A stretch of 64,000 bases of DNA from Patescibacteria group bacterium. Its GTDB lineage: Bacteria; Patescibacteriota; Minisyncoccia; Phycocordibacterales; PALSA-1337. The translations under genes and the position numbers were made by a program. The DNA lies in NCBI GenBank assembly GCA_040388415.1, contig JAZKBV010000005.1, forward strand, positions 3,364 to 67,363, given 5' to 3'. The notes under the pieces are model-generated. The model was given only the letters and a program-made list of their open reading frames with translations. It was not told the origin of the DNA and made no database searches. Shown piece by piece: positions 28,043 through 36,594 of the stretch (the first letter of the stretch is position 1; every line of letters begins with the position of its first letter).

Positions 28043-30349
28043 CTACATTTTAATCAGATTTAATGCTTGTTGAACATATGTTTTTAACTCAATATCATTA
28101 ATTGGTGCGCTTCTAGAATTAGTATTATCATGATGATATTTTTTTGAATAATTGTTTAATTCTTTTAGTTCTTGTGCATTCGATGTGAATAATGAAAATT
28201 GTGGATCTATGGGTTTCATTTCAATAATTTTGATCATTTCACCCAAATTATTTGCCTTAATTAAACTACTCATAAATTTATAACCTAAATAGCCTTCGAT
28301 TACACTTCTAATTTTTGATGCTATTTGACGTTTTTGATCATCATTTTGAGTGCCATTAGTGAGATAGTTTTCTAAAATGTAAATACTTTTTACAAAATCA
28401 CTAGAAATTTCCTTATCAAAATCACATTCCTGGATGACATTCGTAGAATGTGCCCTAGAAATTGAAAGGGTTTTAACATTTAAATTTAATTTTAAGCGTT
28501 GAACAGCTTTCTTCATGTCGCAAGCAAAAAATGGGTTATGCGTAAGTACGATTAATTGTTTGACCTTGGGAACTAAATCAGACAAATACTCTACTGTTCG
28601 TTGACTACGGCCTTCATCATGACTAGTTAATGGATCATCAAACACGACAATTTTCTTGGACAGGTCTGGGTCAAGCTCTAATCTAGCAAGAAAAAAAGCT
28701 AGAGCTAAGGAATTTTTGTCCCCTTCACTTAGTGCCTGCTCGAAGCAAATATCATGACCGTTGTTTTCAAATTTAACTAGTTCACCATCAAGAAAAAGTT
28801 CATATTCAGCAACTGGATTAATTGAGGCCCCAACATATCTTCCATTTACACTTTGTCCAAGCATAAAGTCAGTTCCAATCTTCTTTAGATAACCATTAAT
28901 TTTAGGTGCATATTGAGCAAGTATTGTAGCAGTATATCCTTCTAATTCTACCTTCTTAGCATCTTTTTCTTCATTTAATTTTTTTGTTGCAATTAAAACA
29001 GCTAATGCAGCGTCGCAAAGTTTAATATGTTCAGTGGTGAAACGACTTTGAATCACTTTTATCTTTTTAATATTTTCAGAAATTAATTTTGGGTCAGATA
29101 TTTTTTTACTTCTAATAGACTCAATTTGAATATTATGCTTTTCTACAACAATATTATACTCACCTACAAATTTATTTAAACCATCAACGATACTTTTCAG
29201 ATTACTTGAACAATCTTGTGTAGTTAATGGTTCACTAATTTTCCTTTTTAGACATGTATTTATCAAATCAAAATCTTTTTGCAAAATAACAAGACTGGAG
29301 ATATCTAATTTTGGTCTAGGCGTAAGCTGTATATACTGGTTCCAAAATCCGTCTAGTTCCAGGTTAATTGCATCACTTCTTTCCCAACCACTTTGAATTT
29401 TTTCAACAGAAAAATTACCTGCAACTGAAGCTACTTCTCTAATTTTTGAAATTAACTCTTCGTATTCTTTATTAAAATATTGTCTATAAGACTCAAGCAC
29501 ATCGCCGGCGTTTTTTAAATCTTGCATACAAAAGGGACAGTTGTTGTCAGTAATATTTTGTAGACCAAATTTTAACCATTCCTCCACTTCACCAGTGTTT
29601 GAAAATTTTGATTTGTGTTCATCAACCAAATCTAAAAATTGCTTCTGAATTGAGGTAATAGTTGTACTACAAATATTTTTAACGTCTTCGAGTGCAGGAA
29701 TATACTTAATTTCCTCAAATCTTAAGTATTTTTGTTTTGAATGAATTAAATTACTTGCAGCAGAAGTCCTAAATTCATTTTCCGCGCTACTTAACTGAGA
29801 ATCAATTGTTAGATCTGGTTTTAAGTTTAAAAAGTCTCTAAAAGAGATCAATCCTCCTGTAATGCGCTCAATATCCTTCTCAAAGCCACGATTTTGTTGC
29901 ATTAGTTCGCTAATGTCCCTTTTGCATCTTTCAATTTCTGATGTTAATACAACCCCTCTCGCACCGACAATAAATCTATGGAGTTGTTGCTTATGGTCTG
30001 GAGTAATATCAAGTCCAGAATAGATGTTCTCATTTACAAAGAAAGTATCGAATATTTCTATGTCAGAATAAGGTGCTGTCCAGCCTGTCGCAGTGTAACT
30101 AAATGTAACACCTTCGCCTTCAAACAATACTTCTTGGCCAGTGTTACTACCAATACTTTTCCTTTGTTGAATTATGCCTGGGTTATTATCACGCAGTGAA
30201 CGCAAAACAGATGTCAAAGTTGTTTTTCCTTTTCCATTTTCTGCGTATAAAAGCACAACTTTCTCCAATAATCCATTCCAGCCATTTTTTACGGAATCAA
30301 AATCATTAAATCTACCGACGCCACATATTTTGAGAATTTTCTTAATCAT
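28043..30349 (-). CDS. RloC/PrrC-like protein: a Rad50-like ABC ATPase with a coiled-coil insertion and CxxC zinc hook, fused to a C-terminal HEPN-type anticodon-nuclease-like domain
   Basis: Walker A is [12 protein letters not shown]. The CxxC zinc hook is [10 protein letters not shown], about 230 aa into a heptad-rich insert. The ABC signature is [19 protein letters not shown], Walker B/D-loop is [14 protein letters not shown] and the H-loop is LIVLTHN. The C-terminal R-x3-E...H motif reads KIRSVIEG...[10 protein letters not shown] is very low, about 30%. The start codon overlaps the stop of the upstream gene by 1 nt. Confidence 0.65.
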   Translation of the reverse strand: MIKKILKICGVGRFNDFDSVKNGWNGLLEKVVLLYAENGKGKTTLTSVLRSLRDNNPGIIQQRKSIGSNTGQEVLFEGEGVTFSYTATGWTAPYSDIEIFDTFFVNENIYSGLDITPDHKQQLHRFIVGARGVVLTSEIERCKRDISELMQQNRGFEKDIERITGGLISFRDFLNLKPDLTIDSQLSSAENEFRTSAASNLIHSKQKYLRFEEIKYIPALEDVKNICSTTITSIQKQFLDLVDEHKSKFSNTGEVEEWLKFGLQNITDNNCPFCMQDLKNAGDVLESYRQYFNKEYEELISKIREVASVAGNFSVEKIQSGWERSDAINLELDGFWNQYIQLTPRPKLDISSLVILQKDFDLINTCLKRKISEPLTTQDCSSNLKSIVDGLNKFVGEYNIVVEKHNIQIESIRSKKISDPKLISENIKKIKVIQSRFTTEHIKLCDAALAVLIATKKLNEEKDAKKVELEGYTATILAQYAPKINGYLKKIGTDFMLGQSVNGRYVGASINPVAEYELFLDGELVKFENNGHDICFEQALSEGDKNSLALAFFLARLELDPDLSKKIVVFDDPLTSHDEGRSQRTVEYLSDLVPKVKQLIVLTHNPFFACDMKKAVQRLKLNLNVKTLSISRAHSTNVIQECDFDKEISSDFVKSIYILENYLTNGTQNDDQKRQIASKIRSVIEGYLGYKFMSSLIKANNLGEMIKIIEMKPIDPQFSLFTSNAQELKELNNYSKKYHHDNTNSRSAPINDIELKTYVQQALNLIKM

Positions 30350-30981
30350 TATCGTTCGTTTGAGATAAATATTTCCTTTCCAAGATTATTTGAATCGTAG
30401 CTATGTGAGACTGGAACGTGCAAAATACGCAACCCAACACCTTTCATTATCTCATTTACAATTTGATCCCTTTTTATTCTATCCCACCTTGAGTGTGAAC
30501 GATCGTCTAATTCGATGGCCAAATATGGTTTGTATGCTTTGTCGTATAAAACAAAGTCGATCGATTTAGCTTTAATCAGGTTAAAATCGCGATAATTTGT
30601 CCAATGCTCATTTGAATCAATTGGTTTAACTATTCCAGATAGTGGAACCTGTGACTCAATGTGATAAGTATTACCAACTATGTTCTCTAAAATCTTTAAA
30701 AATTCTTTTTCAGCGTTTGTCACTAAACTTTCTTTTAGAATATAACGTGATTCTGTTGCAACTTCAGTATTTTGTTGTGGGCTAATACTGCTAGTTGGGG
30801 TTATGGTTGTTGCCCGACTTAACTTAAGGTTCGGTCGAGTATTATTTCTATTTTTAAACAATTTCCAGCAATATCTAAAAAAAGAAATTAATATAGTAAA
30901 TATAAGACTGATTAGCGCATCGAAAAAGATATCAAGCGGACCGGCGTTCTTGCCTCTATAATATTTGTAATTTCTCGTCAT
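30349..30981 (-). CDS. Membrane-anchored DUF2726-like protein with a restriction-endonuclease-like fold
   Basis: The N-terminal TM helix is LDIFFDALISLIFTILISFF. The C-terminal block is SIDFVLYDKAYKPYLAIELDDRSHSRWDRIKRDQIVNEIMKGVGLRILHV, which follows the D...E-x-D/H pattern of DUF2726/NERD-type nucleases. Low GC. Confidence 0.55.
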   Translation of the reverse strand: MTRNYKYYRGKNAGPLDIFFDALISLIFTILISFFRYCWKLFKNRNNTRPNLKLSRATTITPTSSISPQQNTEVATESRYILKESLVTNAEKEFLKILENIVGNTYHIESQVPLSGIVKPIDSNEHWTNYRDFNLIKAKSIDFVLYDKAYKPYLAIELDDRSHSRWDRIKRDQIVNEIMKGVGLRILHVPVSHSYDSNNLGKEIFISNER

Positions 30982-31008
30982 TTTTTGATAAATTATAGCA
31001 CCGTACCT

Positions 31009-31929
31009 TTATTTTTTCTTAATTCTAGCAGCAATGGCATTTATAAGTATCTCCTTGAGTTCTTTCTTGGTCGAATATTTATAACACTGATAGTGTCTAA
31101 CGTAAAATTCTGGGGGAAGCTCATCTTTACAGACATAGATTGTTTCAATATTTAAGCCAAACGCAAAACCAGCCTCAAAAAATACACTGCTTCTTGTTCC
31201 TGTAAGATCAACAACCACAAAACGACTTTTTCTTATTTCACCTAAAGCCTTATCCATAATTTTTTCAGGGAAAAGACTATCTTTAATACAGACTGGCATA
31301 TATCCTGCCTCAGTAATTGCTTCTTCCATTGCTGTAATGCTTTCATTCATTGATTCATCAAACCACGCAGCAATAAAACCCTGTTCTGATTCAGAATTTT
31401 CCTTTCCTAACTTATTTCCAAGCTCCCATCCATTGGCAGTTAACGTAATTTTGTAGGCGTATAGTCCATCTGTATTGCTCAGAGGTGCCCAGTGAGCTAG
31501 ATTTTTTTGTTCGAGCATTTTAATCAGAGCCTCAAACTCTTTAGGGTTTTTTGCATAAGCTAAAGGGTAATCATTTTTGCAGTTTACTTCGGTTGATTGA
31601 CCAAAATATTCAATTTTAGCTTTTAATCTCTGCAATAACTTATTTGCTTTTTCGGCGATATCATTTGATTTTGGTACTGGATAGCTATTTTTAAGTGTTT
31701 CAATATTTGTTGTTAAAAACTCTGGAATTTGGCGTTGCTCGTTCAACTCACGAACTAAACCAGATAAAAGATATGCATCATTAGATTCAGGTGTATATCT
31801 TAAACATTCATCGCTAATTTTATATTCACCACAACGAGGACAAATTATTCTGTAAAGATCCCGACTGCTTATGGGGTATATTCCCACATCTTCACCACTT
31901 TTATGACACAAAAAACATTTGGTTGGCAT
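31009..31929 (-). CDS. Zinc-ribbon protein with a C-terminal TIR-like/nucleoside 2-deoxyribosyltransferase-like (flavodoxin-fold) domain
   Basis: The N-terminal CxxC...CxxC is CFLCHK...ICPRCGEY. The C-terminal strand/helix pattern FIAAWFDES...MPVCIKD...FVVVDLTGTRSSVFFEAGFAFGLNIETIYV has a conserved Glu at the position of the TIR/NDT catalytic glutamate. Low GC. The start codon lies 1 nt after the uvrB stop. Confidence 0.45.
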   Translation of the reverse strand: MPTKCFLCHKSGEDVGIYPISSRDLYRIICPRCGEYKISDECLRYTPESNDAYLLSGLVRELNEQRQIPEFLTTNIETLKNSYPVPKSNDIAEKANKLLQRLKAKIEYFGQSTEVNCKNDYPLAYAKNPKEFEALIKMLEQKNLAHWAPLSNTDGLYAYKITLTANGWELGNKLGKENSESEQGFIAAWFDESMNESITAMEEAITEAGYMPVCIKDSLFPEKIMDKALGEIRKSRFVVVDLTGTRSSVFFEAGFAFGLNIETIYVCKDELPPEFYVRHYQCYKYSTKKELKEILINAIAARIKKK

Positions 31930-31930
31930 A

Positions 31931-34030
31931 TTATTTTCTTTTTATCTTTCCACCCTTCCTCCCCGGCACACCCATCTTCTCCTCCAACTTAAAGAGCTCA
32001 TCACGTATGAGTGCCGCGGTCTCAAAGTCGAGTGCTTGGACGGCTTCAGCCATAGCTTCCTCCTTCATGCGGTAGAGCTTCTTTGGATCAGTCTTGGCGA
32101 GCTCCTCATCAATCTTGATGAGCTCGTTGACGGCCTTGTCGTGATCACTCTTCAACTGGTCGGTGATGTCGTGAATAGCCTTGATGATGGTCTTTGGCGT
32201 GATGCCATGCTTGGTATTGTAGGCCACCTGGATAGCACGACGACGATCGGTTTCGCGGATGGCATTCTTCATGGAGTCGGTCATATTGTCGGCATAGAGG
32301 ATGACACGCCCCGCAGAGTTACGTGCGGCACGACCGATGGTCTGGATGAGACTGGTCTCTGAGCGGAGGAAGCCTTCTTTGTCGGCATCGAGGATACCGA
32401 TGAGGGTCACTTCGGGCAGGTCGAGACCTTCACGGAGGAGGTTGACGCCCACGACGATATCGTACTTCCCTCTGCGGAAGTCGGTCAGGATGGTGATGCG
32501 CTCGATGGTCTTGATATCGCTGTGGAGATAAGCGGCTTTGATTTTTTTCTCTTTCAGGAACTCTGATAGATCCTCAGCCATCTTCTTGGTCAAGGTCGTC
32601 GCAATGACACGCTCATTTTTGGCTATCACACGCTCAGCCTCTTCGATGAAGTCAAAAATCTGACCCTTGTATCCTTTCTCGGTATTTTCGCGAATCGGTT
32701 TGATGTTCACCACAGGATCGATGAGACCGGTCGGACGGATGACTTGCTCAACGACATTTTGTGATTCAGCTACTTCATACTTACCTGGTGTGGCTGAGGT
32801 ATAGACCATCGGACCGACACGTTCGAGGAACTCCGGGAATTTGAGCGGTCTATTGTCCTTGGCAGACGGCAAACGGAAACCGTGCTCGATCAGAGTCTCT
32901 TTGCGTGAGGCATCGCCGGCATACATGCCATTCAACTGTGGGATCGTGACGTGCGACTCATCGATGATAGTCAGGAAATCAGGATTGCCCTCTTTGTCTT
33001 TGGGAAAATATGCGAGCAGAGTATCAGGCGCTTCACCGGGCATCTTGCCACTGAAGTGACGTGAATAGTTCTCGATGCCGTTGGTATAGCCGATCTCTTT
33101 GATCATGGAAAGGTCATACTTGACGCGACGCTTCAGACGCTCTGCTTCCAGCATCTTTCCTCCCTTTTCAAGTGCTTTCAGTCTATCGACAAGCTCGGCT
33201 TGGATGGTCTTGTACGCTTTAGCACTCTGTTCATCAGAAGAGATGAAGTGCTTTGCCGGGAAAATAAAGATCGCTTCATGTGATGCGCGCACCGAACGAC
33301 TGACGGGATCGAGTTCGGTGATGAGCGAGATGATCGCCTCACCTTTATTGTTCGTGTCATACTCAATGCGATAGATCGTCTTTTCATTGACCGGCATGAC
33401 TTCGAGCATATTGCCGATGGCGCGGAAATTGCCGCTCTTGAGGTCAGCAGTCGTACGTTCAAAATGAATGTCGATCAATTTGCGAATGAGCTCAGCACGC
33501 GATAGTTCCATACCGACTTTGAGTTTGAGATTAACCTTTTCATATTCTTCCGGACTACCCAAACCGTAAATACACGAAACTGATGCCACGATGATGACAT
33601 CTTTGCGTGTGAGGAGCGCCTGAGTGGATGCGTGACGGAGACGTTCGATCTCTTCATTGATCATGGCTTCCTTTTCGATATAGGTATCTGATGAAGGGAT
33701 ATATGCCTCTGGCTGATAGTAGTCATAGTACGAAACGAAATAGTGCACGGCATTATGCGGGAAAAATTCGCGATACTCCTGTGCGAGCTGTGCGGCCAGG
33801 GTTTTATTATGAGCGATAACAAGAGTTGGCTTGTTGAACTGGGTGATGACATTGGCCGCCGTAAAGGTCTTGCCTGAGCCAGTGACACCGAGGAGGGTTT
33901 GCTTGGTAAAACCTTTCTGGAGGCCTTCCACAAGCCCAGAAATAGCCTTTGGTTGGTCACCTGCAGGTTTGTAGGGCGTCGCGAGTTGGAAGAGAGGTTT
34001 AGCTGACATGGGGGTAAATAGTAGGCCCAT
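31931..34030 (-). CDS. uvrB: Excinuclease ABC subunit B
   Basis: The N-terminal motif is QLATPYKPAGDQPKAISGLVEGL. The Walker A motif is LLGVTGSGKTFT. The C-terminal UVR motif is EAVQALDFETAALIRDEL. The true start may be the internal Met at about 34009. Confidence 0.9.
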   Translation of the reverse strand: MGLLFTPMSAKPLFQLATPYKPAGDQPKAISGLVEGLQKGFTKQTLLGVTGSGKTFTAANVITQFNKPTLVIAHNKTLAAQLAQEYREFFPHNAVHYFVSYYDYYQPEAYIPSSDTYIEKEAMINEEIERLRHASTQALLTRKDVIIVASVSCIYGLGSPEEYEKVNLKLKVGMELSRAELIRKLIDIHFERTTADLKSGNFRAIGNMLEVMPVNEKTIYRIEYDTNNKGEAIISLITELDPVSRSVRASHEAIFIFPAKHFISSDEQSAKAYKTIQAELVDRLKALEKGGKMLEAERLKRRVKYDLSMIKEIGYTNGIENYSRHFSGKMPGEAPDTLLAYFPKDKEGNPDFLTIIDESHVTIPQLNGMYAGDASRKETLIEHGFRLPSAKDNRPLKFPEFLERVGPMVYTSATPGKYEVAESQNVVEQVIRPTGLIDPVVNIKPIRENTEKGYKGQIFDFIEEAERVIAKNERVIATTLTKKMAEDLSEFLKEKKIKAAYLHSDIKTIERITILTDFRRGKYDIVVGVNLLREGLDLPEVTLIGILDADKEGFLRSETSLIQTIGRAARNSAGRVILYADNMTDSMKNAIRETDRRRAIQVAYNTKHGITPKTIIKAIHDITDQLKSDHDKAVNELIKIDEELAKTDPKKLYRMKEEAMAEAVQALDFETAALIRDELFKLEEKMGVPGRKGGKIKRK

Positions 34031-34126
34031 AATACGATAAAAATAGAGATTTGGCTAATAAAAAAAGACTGAAGTATTACTACCTCAGTCTCGAGATTGC
34101 TTATAGACAGAAACACTCGTGAATTA

Positions 34127-34627
34127 CTATGCCGTGGTAGCAAGTTTTCCGTCTTGAGTCATTAAACCGTAGTGCAACCATGCCAGTGGGATTTTTTGAA
34201 AGCCTGCATAATTACCTGGTGACGTGTTGACGTAGTTAGCGGGTATAGTGTCACCGACATGAAAAGCCTTTAAGGCGATCTTGCCCGTATTGATCTCATC
34301 AAAATACGCACAAGGTTTTTCAGGGATTTGCAACGGAAAGGCGTGGTCAACATGCAATACTTGCAAATCTTTTACCCGAACAATGCTTTGCGTTCTGTTG
34401 ACGCGAATGAGCGCAGTTTTATGTTCAGGAAAAACGGAAAGAACTTCCGTGATCATATTTCGCTCGTTTCCCGAATCCTGCGGATTGACATAGAGGACGA
34501 TGTCCCCTACCTGAACTGATGAGCGTTTCAGTCTCAAGATAGCAGGAATAGAAATTATTCCCACAATTACTGTTGCTAGGCAATGCAACAAACGAAAAAA
34601 CACCGGAATTTGTTTTTCTTTTTTCAT
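34127..34627 (-). CDS. Hypothetical membrane-anchored protein with weak resemblance to a degenerate signal-peptidase-I/TraF-like (S26) fold
   Basis: The likely start is the internal MKKEKQ at 34627. One TM helix is present. The motif VQVGDIVLY resembles S26 box C, but the Ser/Lys catalytic motifs are not evident. Confidence 0.35.
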   Translation of the reverse strand: MKKEKQIPVFFRLLHCLATVIVGIISIPAILRLKRSSVQVGDIVLYVNPQDSGNERNMITEVLSVFPEHKTALIRVNRTQSIVRVKDLQVLHVDHAFPLQIPEKPCAYFDEINTGKIALKAFHVGDTIPANYVNTSPGNYAGFQKIPLAWLHYGLMTQDGKLATTA

Positions 34628-34732
34628 AAACGATATGTGGTTGAGGTTGAACTGGTTTAGTCCAATACTAAACAAAAGGTATATAAAGTCAAATAAAAAA
34701 GGCATAGGATAAACCTATGCCATGATTGCTGA

Positions 34733-35221
34733 CTATGAGACCAACTTGCTCTGATTGAGCCGTGGCGCAAGGAAACGGATCCAGCGCTTGACCGCAGTGT
34801 AGGTGAGCGCACAATCGACCGGCCGAGGGTAAAACTTTTTTCCATCGACAGATGTCAGTGTCTTCCAGTCAAACTCCCTCCAGAACTTACCGTTGATCGT
34901 GGTAGGTATCCAGTCATTCGGATTCTGTTGAATCCCCACCACTTTCCGAGTGCGCTCCATGATGTCGTCGCCGACGATCACCAGGAAGGTGACAGTCTTG
35001 CCGAGGATACGTTCACGAATCGCATTGTTGTAAAACGGATTACGGTAGGTGCAGAACGCAGGTAATTCTGCTTCACCGATGATCATGTCGATGCGATATG
35101 CCACCTCGCCTCGCGTAATACGAAGTTCGTTAATGGTTCGATCGATGATGTTATTTTTTGCCAACTCCGGGTAGAGGACGGTTATTGTCGTCCTCCGTTT
35201 GGGTCCGTGTCTAATTTTCAT
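34733..35221 (-). CDS. Hypothetical protein
   Basis: A 162-aa ORF with no motif. Confidence 0.4.
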   Translation of the reverse strand: MKIRHGPKRRTTITVLYPELAKNNIIDRTINELRITRGEVAYRIDMIIGEAELPAFCTYRNPFYNNAIRERILGKTVTFLVIVGDDIMERTRKVVGIQQNPNDWIPTTINGKFWREFDWKTLTSVDGKKFYPRPVDCALTYTAVKRWIRFLAPRLNQSKLVS

Positions 35222-35957
35222 AGGGCTACCTCCTTTCAGTTTATGCTAACAGTATAATGTCTATAAATATGTGTCAATCCCCACTTTTTGGTATAGAAAA
35301 ACAGAAAAGCGCGCAGTAGTAACCGCGCGCTTGTGAGCTTGAACCGAGCGACGTCTAGATGTTTCTCACGGGATAACATTATCTAGGCGTTTGCCGATCG
35401 GTGCCCAACATCGTGGAGACCAGGCATGGTGCAGTGGCCACCATAGAGGCGACTCGCTGTCGCGCACACCTGATCAAAGTGAATTAATCGCTACCCGTTT
35501 CGTCGGGCCAGCGGGTGCCGGCCGATTTTTCGGTATCACCAGGTTCGATGGTGCCTTCAGCCGTAGCAAGGGCTTTGATTTCATTGAGACTGAGACCAAG
35601 GATGACGTCGGCACCAGGTGCTCGAAGCCCTGGCGTCACAAGCGACGTTTGAAACGGCGGTTTATGAGGTAGTTGGGTGTTCATGGTTTTATGTAGTTGT
35701 AGAATGTGCCAATTTTGTCTCGTTCCTGTCCGCACTCACGGCAGGATAACAAAACGGACTCCCTTTTTCGTTGGGAGCCCGATGTTGTAACTAATTAGGG
35801 AGAATTTGTTACAAAGACCAGCTTCCAACCACCAGCGCCTTAAAGGCGAGGTAAGAGGTAGAAGATAGCTTTGTAATCACGACGTTCATACTATTATCCT
35901 AGCACTACTATTTCTAAGTGCAAGTGGTCTGTGCATAACCTAAAATGGGCATTTTCG
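35222..35957. other. Unusually long GC-rich non-coding stretch; candidate structured RNA or decayed gene
   Basis: About 735 bp carry no ORF supported by an RBS or motif. Local GC is about 55-60%, clearly above the flanks. Short GC helices are visible, for example ggtgccggccgatttttcggtatcacc. I could not match RNase P, tmRNA, SRP or 6S consensus by eye. Confidence 0.3.
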
Positions 35958-35996
35958 GGTAAGAGAAAAGCGGCTGGTTGTAAGTCCTGCCGCTTT
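35958..35996 (-). terminator. Rho-independent terminator for 35996..36478 on the minus strand
   Basis: The minus strand reads aaagcggcaggacttacaaccagccgctttt followed by ctctt. Confidence 0.45.
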
Positions 35997-36478
35997 CATT
36001 GTGTGTTAACCAATCTGCCGACCAGTTTTTCATAATGACCATTGAGGATGACCGGAGCTTGTCGGAGGAATTCTTCGACGGACTTTGTTCTGTGTAGTCC
36101 ATTGAAGAAGTATTCCTTGCCATCTGGCATCAGCACCGGCAGTGGAAAGAAACCAAGGTCCCACAGCCGATAACGAAGCGTTTGCTTGTCGCACTTGCTC
36201 GGGTCCATGTGTTCGCCGACGAACCTGACAACATCTTGGATGATCGTCGGCCCTTCGAGAATAAAGACAACACCGAATCTCTTGAGCATGTGTTTGGTGC
36301 GCTCAATCTTTACAAACGGAGGATTGTTGGGTTGCATCGCCTCGAGCATGTCCGCTGTCGTAGTGATGCTTTTTTCTAGTCGAATCTTGCCAACACGCGA
36401 CAAGTCGCTCCGGATAATGCTGAGAGCACCTGTTACCTCTGGTCTGGTTAACACAAGCGATAAGTTTGAAACATTCAT
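35996..36478 (-). CDS. Hypothetical protein
   Basis: A 160-aa ORF with no motif. Confidence 0.4.
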   Translation of the reverse strand: MNVSNLSLVLTRPEVTGALSIIRSDLSRVGKIRLEKSITTTADMLEAMQPNNPPFVKIERTKHMLKRFGVVFILEGPTIIQDVVRFVGEHMDPSKCDKQTLRYRLWDLGFFPLPVLMPDGKEYFFNGLHRTKSVEEFLRQAPVILNGHYEKLVGRLVNTQ

Positions 36479-36594
36479 CTTGTGCCTTTTATTTTGTACC
36501 CGCGTTTTGATACGCAGGGCTTGTGAACTTCGAATAATATTATACTCCTATTATTCAAATACGTCAATGCTCCACACAGAACCTCGAAGTAAGG

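Noticed and set aside
27985-31935. Searched the island flanks for integrase, transposase, tRNA attachment site or terminal direct/inverted repeats
   Set aside because: None was found by eye. The island is therefore not called a mobile element, only a compositionally distinct insertion.
35535-35560. The sequence accaggttcgatggtgcc, which resembles a tRNA/tmRNA T-arm (GGTTCGA)
   Set aside because: The match is GGTTCGATGG rather than GGTTCGAnTCC. No complementary acceptor stem, D-arm or CCA context is found on either strand.
35391-35735. Two overlapping ORFs (a + ORF of 93 aa and a minus ORF of 83 aa starting with GTG) in the GC-rich intergenic stretch
   Set aside because: They overlap each other on opposite strands and have Arg/Gly-rich compositions driven by high GC. 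Neither has a convincing start or RBS. They are kept only as a caveat in the finding on this region.
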